From positions 2,191 through 66,190 of the IMG/VR virus record IMGVR_UViG_3300046690_000230: a stretch of DNA of 64,000 nucleotides; one strand, given 5' to 3'. The notes under the pieces are model-generated. The model was not told the DNA's origin, did no database searches, and saw nothing but the letters and a program-made list of their open reading frames with translations. The DNA is from a virus. Its lineage: Duplodnaviria > Caudoviricetes. Position 1 is the stretch's first letter. The number at the start of each line of letters is the position of its first letter. Positions 38,801-48,324 of the stretch are shown here, piece by piece. The translations under genes and the position numbers were made by a program.

Positions 38801-40059
38801 TGCTGGACGGGCTTTCTTTCGTTGGTTCGAGCGAACGCTGGTGGGCGCTGTACCCGCAACTAAACAATCCAGAGCAGCGCTACAATCCCGTGCAACAGCC
38901 CCTTCCAAGAGGGTTGGCGGCTCCGTGGGGTCATGCTACAGACGGCCAGCAAATCTACTGGTGGGCCAAGGATGGTATCTGGGCGTCCAGAGAAGGCTCT
39001 CTCACTGACGACGATCTCTACAACATCTTTCCCCATGAAGGCGTGGATGGAGTGGCAGTTAGCTATGGACCCCCGGTCTTGGGGCGTACTGTTCAACCAC
39101 CCGACTATTCACGGGCCGGAACGTTTCGTCTCGTTTACGACAACTACTACCTATACGCCATTTACCAAGATTCTACCGGAACCTACGACATGCTCGTGTA
39201 CGACATCCGGCGCAAAGCATGGAGCGTAGACGTATATCCCAATCCAATCTCAGCGATGTATGCGTCAGAGCAGCAATCAGGCACCTTGCAGACGGCAGGC
39301 ACGCCTTACGCCGAGTTGTTGATGGCAGATACGGCAGGACTTGTTTACTCGCAGACTCCGTTTGCCAACGATAATGGGACTCCAATCACACCCACCATTG
39401 CTACTAACGAGTTTGATGGTGGAGACTTGCGAGCGCCGAAACAGTGGGGAGATTACTTCATTGATTCGCTGTCTGCTTCCGCTGCTGGCATCTCCGTTCA
39501 GCCGATGTCTCTGGGCGCTCCCGTAGCTCCTGCCACTACCATTCCCAATGGTGCTGGGCGGCAACAGACTCCGCTAAGTGTCAGTGGGGTAGTTGTTTCG
39601 CAGTTCATGGGCCTCTTCCTTACCTGGACAGACGATTTCAGCGTACAGGTAAATCCCACGCGGTTGCATATCTGGGACATCAGTTTTCAGGTTCAGCCAG
39701 CCCGCACGATTGCTTGGACTACCTTTGGCACATCCTTTGGCATGGACGGCTACTGCCATATCAGGGAAGTGGTTCTGGCTTTCGTCTCGACCGCTGACAT
39801 TACACTCACTATTACCAGCTACGATGGGCAATCGCCGCTGCCAATCACCATCCCATCAAGCGCAGGTCAGTATCAGAAGGTGTTGTTTCCTGTCTCGGCA
39901 AATAAGGGACAGCTCTATCGTTTCCAGATGACTTGCACCGAGTCCTTTCAAATATTCAATGAGGACATGGAAGTGAGGGTCGGGGGCTGGTCGCGGCAGA
40001 CGCCCTATTCGCACATGAAGTCTTTCAGCGGAGATGTAGTCAGTCCTGCTACGATTTGA
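35812..40059 (+). CDS. large tail nozzle/stabilisation protein (P22 gp10-like position)
   Basis: 1415 aa, beta-rich; MLVYDIRRKAWS and IATNEFDGG C-terminal patterns. Confidence 0.6.
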   Translation: MAYGADFKYLFGRGSFERPKEGWRFHFKGMKTNAAPDSLPPGKHPIAVNIRAVNDNSVETRPGTGPQVFATHALPVTDLRSYTVLGTDNLPRTLARDSDDTIWLDDSTQVGTLAAGGLGATMIPFRPSQSPDPYMYIANAADYQKFSAPDPTVVASKVGIAEPQDSCEAAQIAQQFTEVLSPGGTWNTAGTASAWSSGDRSTDIVVTALNDPVSPFKEGGIHGATPPRWSVQVSPTVQYQRGEIVYFNGSPALITIVEEVIAPLSISMTVQAIYYKSGPPGVAVVVLQGITSPGKSTPQDNQSGVILNNIDVIAQLVRGALVSIGGETTFVRSVTSGPDNQICIECFLNNTHIVGEIVIGLPTIIVNDVQNATSVIAGTPIIGDQGNVENFTVGAGVGTLTTGPAGGGPTGTIIANATSSLNGWGPNAHVGAYEMGTAQAFNWGLDPSTTSGYTNPNNVGDGNTTTFADATGQHTHTYYGSIWGFTAGVAQSNMVLNINSRVLANGDDGFTVTKRSAGIWYSLDNSVTWNQIYNMGPELPSPQPLSRPQQWDSVPLPANQDITQVQVMAFTDSHDDMVHYVYEINISVGAASIGVDTGAYQEDDYLHFSVLADDPTNLIELKLQFDVADGTFLDNYYYTSVRPSDLVPVTANTVSQLGAIQSIVSQTQTNQEAQAVGLNISNPSVAGDGQWTEIWIPISELTRIGGDQTKTLANINSVQIVVNALATIRVAVSSIAFVGGGQPDVGQIGEPYRYRVRPRSSVTGAIGNPSPDMRYGVSAVRQPVQIDLPSAAYDTQIDRWDIFRFGGSITSWRFLGSVDVSHTSFEDNYFDDAAEVGEVLDFDNFEPWPSIDLPLNATATTIVGTEAEVVIPSPTLVLRYLPGNIVNLGGQSSYTLRKRPTLISGTTYLFEFDECTVGFNQGTISDNGQVSIYEPALARQFLPYMWGPDVNGTVFAVGDPLRPGTIYTAKPSNPDSAPDSYNQELTSPAEPLLGGEVLDGLSFVGSSERWWALYPQLNNPEQRYNPVQQPLPRGLAAPWGHATDGQQIYWWAKDGIWASREGSLTDDDLYNIFPHEGVDGVAVSYGPPVLGRTVQPPDYSRAGTFRLVYDNYYLYAIYQDSTGTYDMLVYDIRRKAWSVDVYPNPISAMYASEQQSGTLQTAGTPYAELLMADTAGLVYSQTPFANDNGTPITPTIATNEFDGGDLRAPKQWGDYFIDSLSASAAGISVQPMSLGAPVAPATTIPNGAGRQQTPLSVSGVVVSQFMGLFLTWTDDFSVQVNPTRLHIWDISFQVQPARTIAWTTFGTSFGMDGYCHIREVVLAFVSTADITLTITSYDGQSPLPITIPSSAGQYQKVLFPVSANKGQLYRFQMTCTESFQIFNEDMEVRVGGWSRQTPYSHMKSFSGDVVSPATI

Positions 40060-40066
40060 GGGTTTT

Positions 40067-40231
40067 ATGGCAGAAGCGAGATGGTATCCGAGCACCCAAC
40101 AATTAGGCAATCCAGACGAACTGGAACGCACCTTACGTGAAGTCCTGCGGCTGCACTATTCGCTAGTTGACCGCCACGAAGAGTTGCTGAAACAAGTCAG
40201 TACCTTAAAGACTCCACCCAAGCCCAAATGA
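40067..40231 (+). CDS. 54-aa protein, not in ORF track
   Basis: MAEARWYPSTQQLGNPDELERTLRE; ATGA overlap with 40228. Confidence 0.55.
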   Translation: MAEARWYPSTQQLGNPDELERTLREVLRLHYSLVDRHEELLKQVSTLKTPPKPK

Positions 40232-40899
40232 GCGATTCCGCTTCCAAGACGAAGATATTAGGGCTTCCGGTATTTCCGTCCGATACCAGCCAACTCGCTT
40301 CTGGCTCCATTCTTACCTACGACTTGGCCAATAGGCAGTTCAAGTTCATACCAGGTGGCGGAGTTGCGGGTGTCAGCAGCCTGAACGGTTTAACGGGCGC
40401 ACTAACTCTTGTAGCAGGGACCAACATCAGTCTGGCTATAGGCGCATCGACTATCACCATTTCAGCGTCTGGCGGCGGTGGTGGCACTGGTACGGTTACC
40501 TCAATAGGATTGGCTGTACCAGGGGAGTTGAACGTAACTGGTAGCCCCGTCACCACGGCTGGAACGATAACCATAGGAAAGGCTACACAGACCGCTAATA
40601 CGGTATGGGCAGGACCGACTCTTGGCGCAGCGGCGCAACCTACGTTCAGAGCTTTAGTCTCTGCCGATATTCCTGGTGGCGCTGCCACTTTTGCCGATGA
40701 AGAAATACCTTCAGGCGGCACTCCTGGCACGTCGTTTTCGTTGGCAAACGCGCCTAATCCGGTTAAGTCATTGCTTTTATTCTGGAATGGATTGTTACAG
40801 AAACCGGGAGGAGTGGACTATACTCTCGCAGGAACTGCTATTACTACGGTAAATACGATAGGAGCAGGAGACAGCTTCCTGGCATGGTACAGGTTCTAA
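40228..40899 (+). CDS. tail fibre-like protein
   Basis: VSSLNGLTGA, GTVTSIGL, PTFRALVSADIP, NGLLQKPGGVDYT. Confidence 0.65.
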   Translation: MSDSASKTKILGLPVFPSDTSQLASGSILTYDLANRQFKFIPGGGVAGVSSLNGLTGALTLVAGTNISLAIGASTITISASGGGGGTGTVTSIGLAVPGELNVTGSPVTTAGTITIGKATQTANTVWAGPTLGAAAQPTFRALVSADIPGGAATFADEEIPSGGTPGTSFSLANAPNPVKSLLLFWNGLLQKPGGVDYTLAGTAITTVNTIGAGDSFLAWYRF

Positions 40900-42197
40900 T
40901 CATCGCTCTATTGCTTCTGTTTCCCTGTAGTCTGTGGGCGCAGACCAAGATAGACCTGACCACGCAGGTCAAGAGTTCCACGCTTACCACTAACACCATT
41001 CCCAAGTGGACAGGTTCGACAGGATTCGGAAACGGTTGTGTACTCGACGATGGAACCCATGCGGTGCGTTGCGATGCAGGATTCGATGTCAATTCGTTGG
41101 GTGCTTATATCTTCTGGGCAGTAAATAATACCGTAACAGGGACCACAGTCAATAAGATGGCCTGTGACGATGGGACTGGAAAAGTAATCATCTGCCCTTC
41201 CGCTTCATCGACCACCAACGACCCTTTGGGCGTAGCAGTAGCGGCAGATGGAGCCACGCCGGGAACCAGCGGAAGTACGGGCATCTGCATTATTGGGTTT
41301 TGCTCCGTCATCATGGACAACTCAGCTACGGCTGGTCACTATGCCCAATCCAGCAGCACTGTAAATGGTGACTTGAGCGATGTTGGTGCTACGATTCCCA
41401 CTAATGGACAATCTTATTGGCGCATCTTCACAGGGAACTCTGGTGCTGGCACGGCAGCGGTATTCCGCAATCTGACGCCTAGTGAGTTAAACGCATCCGG
41501 TGTTAGCGGTGGCAACGGTAAGAGTATTCAGATTCAAATAAATGGTACAGCGATAACCAAACCCATCGCCAATCTGGTTAATGGAACTGGGATAACCTTC
41601 GCTACGGGAAATTCAGGAAACACTACGACAATTACTCCTACAGTCAGTCTTTCTGCACTGACATTCCCTGAAGTGAAAATCATTCCAGCGGCTAATTGTC
41701 CTAATGCAACGCCTGGAAGCGGTTGGAGTTATGCATCTTCCACATGGACGGCTGCTTGTCGTGCAGGTACGAATAACTTAGGTGGTGCGCTTCAGCTTAT
41801 CCCTTCCACGGGAGGAGCAGCACAGTTCCGTTTCGAGATTCCCGCCGACTGGGATTCCGCTTCACAGCCTTTCATTCGCATTGAGTACGCTTCTGGAGCC
41901 AATACTTCCGGCACGGTGATTTGGACGGTAGCGAGTGCTTGTACCAAAGCCGATGGTTCGATAACTGACGACCCTTCCTTTGTTGCTGAATCGGCATTTG
42001 GTACACAGACGATGGCTACGGCAAACAGAGCATGGTCACAGACTGGACAGTTCACGGCAATAACCAGCGGGAACAACTGTGTAGGAGGCGGTGGTTTAGT
42101 CATCAAACTCACTCTTTCTGGCACAGCAGCGAGTGCTATCAACGCATACCAAGCGGTTATTACAACCCAGAGGCTTCCAGTAGTGCAGGCTAATTGA
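40884..42197 (+). CDS. fibre-like protein with signal peptide
   Basis: Hydrophobic N-terminus ending LWA-Q; Gly/Thr-rich. Confidence 0.6.
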   Translation: MVQVLIIALLLLFPCSLWAQTKIDLTTQVKSSTLTTNTIPKWTGSTGFGNGCVLDDGTHAVRCDAGFDVNSLGAYIFWAVNNTVTGTTVNKMACDDGTGKVIICPSASSTTNDPLGVAVAADGATPGTSGSTGICIIGFCSVIMDNSATAGHYAQSSSTVNGDLSDVGATIPTNGQSYWRIFTGNSGAGTAAVFRNLTPSELNASGVSGGNGKSIQIQINGTAITKPIANLVNGTGITFATGNSGNTTTITPTVSLSALTFPEVKIIPAANCPNATPGSGWSYASSTWTAACRAGTNNLGGALQLIPSTGGAAQFRFEIPADWDSASQPFIRIEYASGANTSGTVIWTVASACTKADGSITDDPSFVAESAFGTQTMATANRAWSQTGQFTAITSGNNCVGGGGLVIKLTLSGTAASAINAYQAVITTQRLPVVQAN

Positions 42198-43063
42198 TGA
42201 AAACACTCATTCTCATTGCTGCCATTTTTCTTTGTGCGAGTTTAGTTTGCGCGACGGAGCCAGTTGCCACTTGCAAAGGCAGCACAACGGGTGGAACGTC
42301 TATAAATTGCTCAACCACAATTACTCCTGGTGCATCGGGCCATAGATTCATCGCCACGGTGACAGGGTTTGGAAACCTAGCCAGCATTGCTTTTTCAATG
42401 TCCAATACGGCTGGAAGTACATGGTCAAAACTTGTTCAGCAAAACACCACTGGAGGCACTGGCTACAGTATTCAACTCTTTTGTGCTCAGGTAAATTCAG
42501 TTGCTGCCCAGACTTTTACAGGAAGTACAAATCAAGCTTCAAACGTATTAACGGTCAATGTTATAGAGTACGCTACATTGACAAGTTGTACCGTTGATAA
42601 TTCACAAACAAACGGAAACTGGGGAATGAGTACGGGAGTAACTTCCGTCACTGGCGGTAATGTAACGACGACACAAGGTGATCGAGTAATTAGCGCTATT
42701 ATGACGGTATCTCTAACTGACACCAGTGTGAACAGTGTTGGAAGCGGATATACAAAGCAGTTGAGCAATCAGATCAATGCAACAGGAGTTGGTGGAGGCA
42801 TTCAATCAAACGAGATAGAGGACCAGTGGGGAACGGGAACATTTGCATCAGCTTGGACAAATAACGTCACGACAGGCAGTTCATTTACTTGTCCGTCTGA
42901 TGGCTTGACCGGACAACTATGCTGGGTCATTGAAATTGTGCTTATTCCAGCGAATAATCCCAATCCAGTACAAGCATTTCCATATATTGCTAAATTTGAT
43001 GTACCCAGCAAAAAGATTCCTTGGGACAATCGCAAGAGAAAATTGGAGATTGCTAGAATATGA
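42197..43063 (+). CDS. beta-rich protein with signal peptide
   Basis: MKTLILIAAIFLCASLVCA. Confidence 0.6.
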   Translation: MKTLILIAAIFLCASLVCATEPVATCKGSTTGGTSINCSTTITPGASGHRFIATVTGFGNLASIAFSMSNTAGSTWSKLVQQNTTGGTGYSIQLFCAQVNSVAAQTFTGSTNQASNVLTVNVIEYATLTSCTVDNSQTNGNWGMSTGVTSVTGGNVTTTQGDRVISAIMTVSLTDTSVNSVGSGYTKQLSNQINATGVGGGIQSNEIEDQWGTGTFASAWTNNVTTGSSFTCPSDGLTGQLCWVIEIVLIPANNPNPVQAFPYIAKFDVPSKKIPWDNRKRKLEIARI

Positions 43064-43193
43064 TGATTGTCAGCGCACCCAAGCCCACTGACGTGCGACA
43101 GAAGCAGCGTGAATACCGCCTTGAGATTGCTATGTGGTTCATTCTTTCCATTCAAATCCTTGAATTGCTGGCTTTGGCTTTACTGGTGCGGCG

Positions 43194-43628
43194 ATGACCA
43201 ATTCCATCCAACGCGACCCGCAAGGACCGGATTGGCCGTTAGGATTTGTAGGCGTCGTCACTCCTGGCACTCCTGTAGGCTTTATGTCCGTCGTAGACCC
43301 CACATCGGACAATGCTCCTGAAACTGCTACCAGTCCAACCAACTACGCTTATACCGTCAGAGCCGAAGAAATCATGGTGCAGGCGTTCAAGCCAGCCTCG
43401 GCGGGAACGCAGCTAAACATTGGGAACATCTACATCGTTCGGCGTGGAAACGGTGGGGGGTCAGGGAACCGCTCCGACACAGGCAGCATTGTCGCTACGC
43501 TTGTTCCCGGCCAGACTCTTTTCTTCACAGCGGCTGCGGTCAACCGCAACGTCTGGAGTCCTTATCGCTACTCGATTGACGCTGACTTTGCTGGCGACGG
43601 GGCGTTTATTACCCTGATTGTGCAGTAA
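43194..43628 (+). CDS. structural protein, paralogue of 53055..53492
   Basis: Shared PQGP.WPLG...V.TPGTPV...VDPT..NAPE.ATS. Confidence 0.7.
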   Translation: MTNSIQRDPQGPDWPLGFVGVVTPGTPVGFMSVVDPTSDNAPETATSPTNYAYTVRAEEIMVQAFKPASAGTQLNIGNIYIVRRGNGGGSGNRSDTGSIVATLVPGQTLFFTAAAVNRNVWSPYRYSIDADFAGDGAFITLIVQ

Positions 43629-44380
43629 TGCCATTACCTGGACTAGTCGGTTGGTGGCAGTTGCTAGACGGTTCAGGAACAATAGCGACCGATTCTTCTG
43701 GCAATGGAAACAATGGCAATCTGGTAGGAAGCCCGACTTGGATTACTACAGGGCCAAACGGCGGTGGGTTATCCTTCCGTGGCGGGACTTTCACAGACTC
43801 AGTTCGCATCCCTCGCGCACCAGTACTAGAACCAGCAGCCTTTACCGTGTCTGCGTGGATTAAAGGTCCACAAGCGCAAGACCATATACGGCAGTCCGTT
43901 TTTGGAAAGGCGTTCGACAACGATAATACCGTCCCGTTTCAGAGCTATCAGTTGGCCGTAAACAACGGAGGTCCAGGAGATGCTTCGTTGTTTGTGTTTG
44001 GTTCACCTGGAAGTGTCAACGAAATAGTTGCTGCAAATACGGTATCGGATAATTTAGTCTGGCAGAACTTTGTTGGAACCTATGATCCTGCTGGTGGTAA
44101 TCCTGAGCAGAGATTCTACCTGGACGGAAGCGTTATCGGCATTAATGGCCTCACTTTCCCGGTTGTTTATGACACTACTCCTGCAGGAGATTTATACATA
44201 GCAGCCAATTCTGATTTGAGTGTTTTGAACAAGACTTACCAAGGCTCTGTAACCGATGTGCAGGTTTACAATCGGGCATTGAGCGCGGAAGAGGTGGGAA
44301 CCATTTACGGAATCTCCAAAGTATCCATATTGCGCGGGTCGCATGGCGGTTCTCGCATGACACCGCCCTACAATCCATGA
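43628..44380 (+). CDS. LamG/concanavalin A-like lectin-fold protein
   Basis: LVGWW..DGSGTIATDSSGNGNNG; FTVSAWI; VYNRALSAEEV. Confidence 0.85.
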   Translation: MPLPGLVGWWQLLDGSGTIATDSSGNGNNGNLVGSPTWITTGPNGGGLSFRGGTFTDSVRIPRAPVLEPAAFTVSAWIKGPQAQDHIRQSVFGKAFDNDNTVPFQSYQLAVNNGGPGDASLFVFGSPGSVNEIVAANTVSDNLVWQNFVGTYDPAGGNPEQRFYLDGSVIGINGLTFPVVYDTTPAGDLYIAANSDLSVLNKTYQGSVTDVQVYNRALSAEEVGTIYGISKVSILRGSHGGSRMTPPYNP

Positions 44381-44381
44381 T

Positions 44382-47339
44382 ATGAAAGGCACAATGAGAC
44401 GTTTACTGTTAGTTCTAGTCCTGCTGCTAATCGCACCAAGCGCTTGGGCTTCTAACTGGTTTGTGCGCTCGTCCACCACCTGCGCCAACAATGGCAACGG
44501 CACTTCTGCGCTTTGTGCATCCTCTCCTGGCGGGGCTGGCGGGTGGAAGGGATTCTCCAATATCAACTGGGGTGCTATCCACGGCGGCGACACGCTGTTC
44601 CTAGTACCTGGTGACACTTACGCAGAACAACTAACCATCGGGGCTTCAGGTTCTAGCGGAAATCTCATTACCATCAGCAAGAGCGGCGGAGGTACTGCCA
44701 TTATAGATGGCGGCAACTCGCGAACTGGAATCAGTTTCAATGGTCAATCCTTTGTAACTGTAGATGGTCTAATAGGTAACGCAGCCTTCGGCGGCAGCCA
44801 AACCTACGGAATCAAGATCATCAACATTGGTTTACCGAATTACTGTGCCTACATAAATAACGCAGAACAGCATGTAAAGTTTCTTCACGTTGAATGCTCC
44901 GGCAACGGGCAAAACACGGACAACGCGCATCTCAACGCCCCTCCATCTCCTGACGATAATCGTGGCGGAGTTTTCGGCGGCGGTGGTGCTCATTTTGTTG
45001 AGGTTGCCTACAACTGGTTCCATACACAGATGGCGCAATACAACATCTCCAGTTGCAGCATTTCAGGAACTACCTATACCTGCACGGTCACGACTACCAT
45101 CACTGATACTCATTGGACCTCTCCATCAGTGCCCTTTGCCAGCATTGGACTCTACGGAAACACGGGTGTTAACGGTCACTGTGGCCTGATTAGCGTTAGT
45201 GGAAACACGTTTACTTGCGAGGGAGGCGGCTCTGGTACAGGTACTGGTGGCATAGCAGTCATGGAGTGGGCGGCTACGGCGGTCACGGGGTTTTTCGCTA
45301 CGGGAAGTACGAATTACAACGACAACACAACCCACGATAACTTCGCCTACGGCGTTTTTAACGACGGTTTTCGTGCTAATGGCAACGCGCAAATCTACCA
45401 CAATGAAGCCCAAGCGGGTATGGGTTCAGGCCACAGTGATGCGACTCTGGCTCAATCCGCTCTTTACGTAGAAATATCCAGCAATTATGTGCATGATTGG
45501 AACGACCAGAACTGCTACTTGGATAACCTATCCCCTGCGTCCAGAGGGCACATTCGCATCTACAACAATATCTGGAACTCACCTATGGGATTTGGTGGTT
45601 GCAACATTGATCCAGAGGGTACTTCGGCCAATTGGGACGACATCGTAATGATAAACAATACGTCCTACGCATCACGGGACTACGTTGTTCACTACGGAAA
45701 CCAGGGCGGTACGGTAACGAATTTCGTGTATATGAATAACATTTCGCGTGTGTCTGGATCGCAAGGCAGCCCGCCGTGGGGCGCAGGTGGTGGCATTGCT
45801 TTTGCTACCACAGGCGACCCGTTTGATTACAACGTTTATTCTCCAACACTTGGCGTGCAGTTCCCTATCATTGCAAACTACAGTGGAGGGAATAAGACGA
45901 TAGCGCAGTTACGATTGCTCTCTCCACAGCGCGAAGTGAATGGCAACACTTGCGATGTTACTTACATTGGTGGAGCGCTGCCTACGGGTGCGACTCCAGC
46001 AGGTACGGACAATTGCGCCAAGGGTAAGGGAGCAAATCTGTCGGCAACCTACCCGTTCGCTAATACAGATTTCAATGGCACCATTCGTGGTACTACTTGG
46101 GATACAGGAGCTATTTCAGCAGGAGCAGCGGTAACTCCGCCCAACGCTCCAACTGGGCTTACTGCTTCGGCTTCCGGTTCCACCGTAACTCTGAATTGGA
46201 CAGCAAGCAGCGGTTCTCCTATCCCCACCGCCTACACACTCTATCGCGGCACGGTTCACAACGGGCCGTACACACTCATCAAGACCGCCATGACCAGCAC
46301 ATCCACCACCGACACGGTGGCTAATGGAACCTATTTTTATGTGGTCACGGCGTATGTCGGGGGAATCATCAGCACCATCAGTGGAAATAGTTCTGTTGCC
46401 ACCGTCACTTGCATGTCTGCTTGCCCCAGTTTCGCTACAGGGACAGCCTTCACCATCGCAGGAGATTCTACCTCTAGCTTCAACGGAACCTTTACATCCA
46501 CAGGACAGCCGACTTCTAGCACTTTCACTTTTAATAGCTCTACGAACTCCATTGGTAGTGGTGGTGGGGTATGGCCTACGAATCAGGAAAGTGCAAGGTC
46601 GAATGAAGCCTCTGTAGTGGTGGGAGCGGCGATTACCGTGTCCGCCGCACCGTCAGCACTGACCTTTTCTTCCTTCACGATAGGCACGTCCAGCCCCTCG
46701 CAGAACGTGACCATGACCAATACTTCTGGGGCTGGGAATACAGTGACTTTCACGTTAGTGGCATTTAGCGGGACCAATCCAGGGGACTTCTCGCGTACCA
46801 CTAATTGCACTACTTTAACCACAACAGGACAGCAATGCACAACTCAGGTTACTTTTACTCCAACGGCGGCAGGTGCTCGTTCCGCTATTTTAGGTTTCTC
46901 TGACAATGCTGCTGGTTCCCCACAGCAAATTCCTGTGAGTGGTACGGGCGTATCGGCGGCACCAGGAGTTAGTCTAAATCCCACCAGCCTAAACTTTGGC
47001 GATCAGACGCTTTCCACTACTTCCACTACGCGGAGCATCATCCTGACCAATACAGGTTCTGGAACGCTCACGATTTCATCGGTGGTGGCTTCTGGAGACT
47101 TTGCGGTGGTGACGGTTCCGGTAACGAATTGCGGCGGGACGCTGGCTTCGCTCGCCACTTGCTCGCTGAACGTTACGTTCACTCCCACCGCTACAGGGGG
47201 AAGGGTTGGCGCTGTTACCATCACAGATAACGCTGCTGGAAACCCACATGTCGCTAATCTGTCTGGAAACGGAATCAACACCAAGTGCCAGATGACGGGG
47301 AACGTAACCCTTAGTGGCATAGCCACCATTTGTCAATAA
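44382..47339 (+). CDS. signal peptide + beta-helix + FN3 + two ASH/choice-of-anchor-D Ig domains
   Basis: GDTLFL.PG.TY.E; PNAPTGLTA..LNWTAS; SLNPTSLNFGDQ..LTNTGSGTLTI..VTFTPTATG.R.G..ITDNA. Confidence 0.75.
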   Translation: MKGTMRRLLLVLVLLLIAPSAWASNWFVRSSTTCANNGNGTSALCASSPGGAGGWKGFSNINWGAIHGGDTLFLVPGDTYAEQLTIGASGSSGNLITISKSGGGTAIIDGGNSRTGISFNGQSFVTVDGLIGNAAFGGSQTYGIKIINIGLPNYCAYINNAEQHVKFLHVECSGNGQNTDNAHLNAPPSPDDNRGGVFGGGGAHFVEVAYNWFHTQMAQYNISSCSISGTTYTCTVTTTITDTHWTSPSVPFASIGLYGNTGVNGHCGLISVSGNTFTCEGGGSGTGTGGIAVMEWAATAVTGFFATGSTNYNDNTTHDNFAYGVFNDGFRANGNAQIYHNEAQAGMGSGHSDATLAQSALYVEISSNYVHDWNDQNCYLDNLSPASRGHIRIYNNIWNSPMGFGGCNIDPEGTSANWDDIVMINNTSYASRDYVVHYGNQGGTVTNFVYMNNISRVSGSQGSPPWGAGGGIAFATTGDPFDYNVYSPTLGVQFPIIANYSGGNKTIAQLRLLSPQREVNGNTCDVTYIGGALPTGATPAGTDNCAKGKGANLSATYPFANTDFNGTIRGTTWDTGAISAGAAVTPPNAPTGLTASASGSTVTLNWTASSGSPIPTAYTLYRGTVHNGPYTLIKTAMTSTSTTDTVANGTYFYVVTAYVGGIISTISGNSSVATVTCMSACPSFATGTAFTIAGDSTSSFNGTFTSTGQPTSSTFTFNSSTNSIGSGGGVWPTNQESARSNEASVVVGAAITVSAAPSALTFSSFTIGTSSPSQNVTMTNTSGAGNTVTFTLVAFSGTNPGDFSRTTNCTTLTTTGQQCTTQVTFTPTAAGARSAILGFSDNAAGSPQQIPVSGTGVSAAPGVSLNPTSLNFGDQTLSTTSTTRSIILTNTGSGTLTISSVVASGDFAVVTVPVTNCGGTLASLATCSLNVTFTPTATGGRVGAVTITDNAAGNPHVANLSGNGINTKCQMTGNVTLSGIATICQ

Positions 47340-47396
47340 GGATTTTGATGGACACTCTATGGTTATGAGACGTACAGTACCGCAAGGAGAAATGTC

Positions 47397-47930
47397 GTGC
47401 CACCGCGCATCCCAGTGATAGGAAGGCAGTTTGGGCGTTGGACAATCCTTTCTTTTCGATGGGATAAGTCCCAAAAACGTTCTTTCTTGTTTTGCCGATG
47501 CCTATGCGGGACTGAAAGAGAAGTTGCTAGAAGTAGTGTAATTAGTGGCCTTTCTGTCAGTTGTGGGTGCTATAAGCAGGAACAAACCATAAAACTTAGA
47601 CGGAAGCATGGAGAAGGCGACTGGCGGCACAAGAATATAACCGTCGAATACAAACTATGGAAAGGCATACGCCAGAGATGCCTTAATCCAAACTCTAAGG
47701 TCTATCCATATTATGGTGGCCGTGGTATAGCCATTTGCGACCGCTGGCAGGATTACGAGAATTTCTTGGCTGATATGGGACGGAGACCTTCACCGGACCT
47801 GACCATAGATAGAATAGACAATAGTTTGGGGTATTCTCCAGAGAATTGCCGGTGGGCAACAAGAAAAGAACAATCCCAGAATCAGCGGCCAAGACGTACT
47901 GGTTATCATCGGAGGCCCAAACTTGCCTAG
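47397..47930 (+). CDS. HNH homing endonuclease
   Basis: [39 protein letters not shown]. Confidence 0.88.
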   Translation: MPPRIPVIGRQFGRWTILSFRWDKSQKRSFLFCRCLCGTEREVARSSVISGLSVSCGCYKQEQTIKLRRKHGEGDWRHKNITVEYKLWKGIRQRCLNPNSKVYPYYGGRGIAICDRWQDYENFLADMGRRPSPDLTIDRIDNSLGYSPENCRWATRKEQSQNQRPRRTGYHRRPKLA

Positions 47931-48324
47931 TACACCGACACCTATATTGGGGTTAATCGTTCCGACAATTGGTGGAGATAGTAATATTTGGGGTCAGGAA
48001 TTAAACACCAACCTGCAAACCATTGACCTTGTTGGGGCTACAGCTATTTTCTCAGTTTCATCGAACTACACCGCCACCATCAGCAAGTCTCCTCTGACCC
48101 TAATCAAAGTAACTACTTCCGGTTTGACTATCAACATCACCATGCCAGACCCAGCTACCAACACTGGAAAACAGTACAACATCAAGAAGATGGATGCGGG
48201 TGCCGGCATTGTCAACGTCATTGCAACCATAGACTTACAGACTTCCTGGCAGCTAACCAACCAGTTTCAATGCCTGGGCATAACTTCAAATGGAGTAACT
48301 TATGACGTCGTGTCTGTTGCGTAG
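47923..48324 (+). CDS. tail-associated protein
   Basis: [21 protein letters not shown]; [10 protein letters not shown]. Confidence 0.6.
   Translation: MPSTPTPILGLIVPTIGGDSNIWGQELNTNLQTIDLVGATAIFSVSSNYTATISKSPLTLIKVTTSGLTINITMPDPATNTGKQYNIKKMDAGAGIVNVIATIDLQTSWQLTNQFQCLGITSNGVTYDVVSVA

Noticed and set aside
47340-47930. Group I intron around the HNH genes
   Set aside because: Flanking genes look complete and there is no room for a ribozyme core; treated as free-standing
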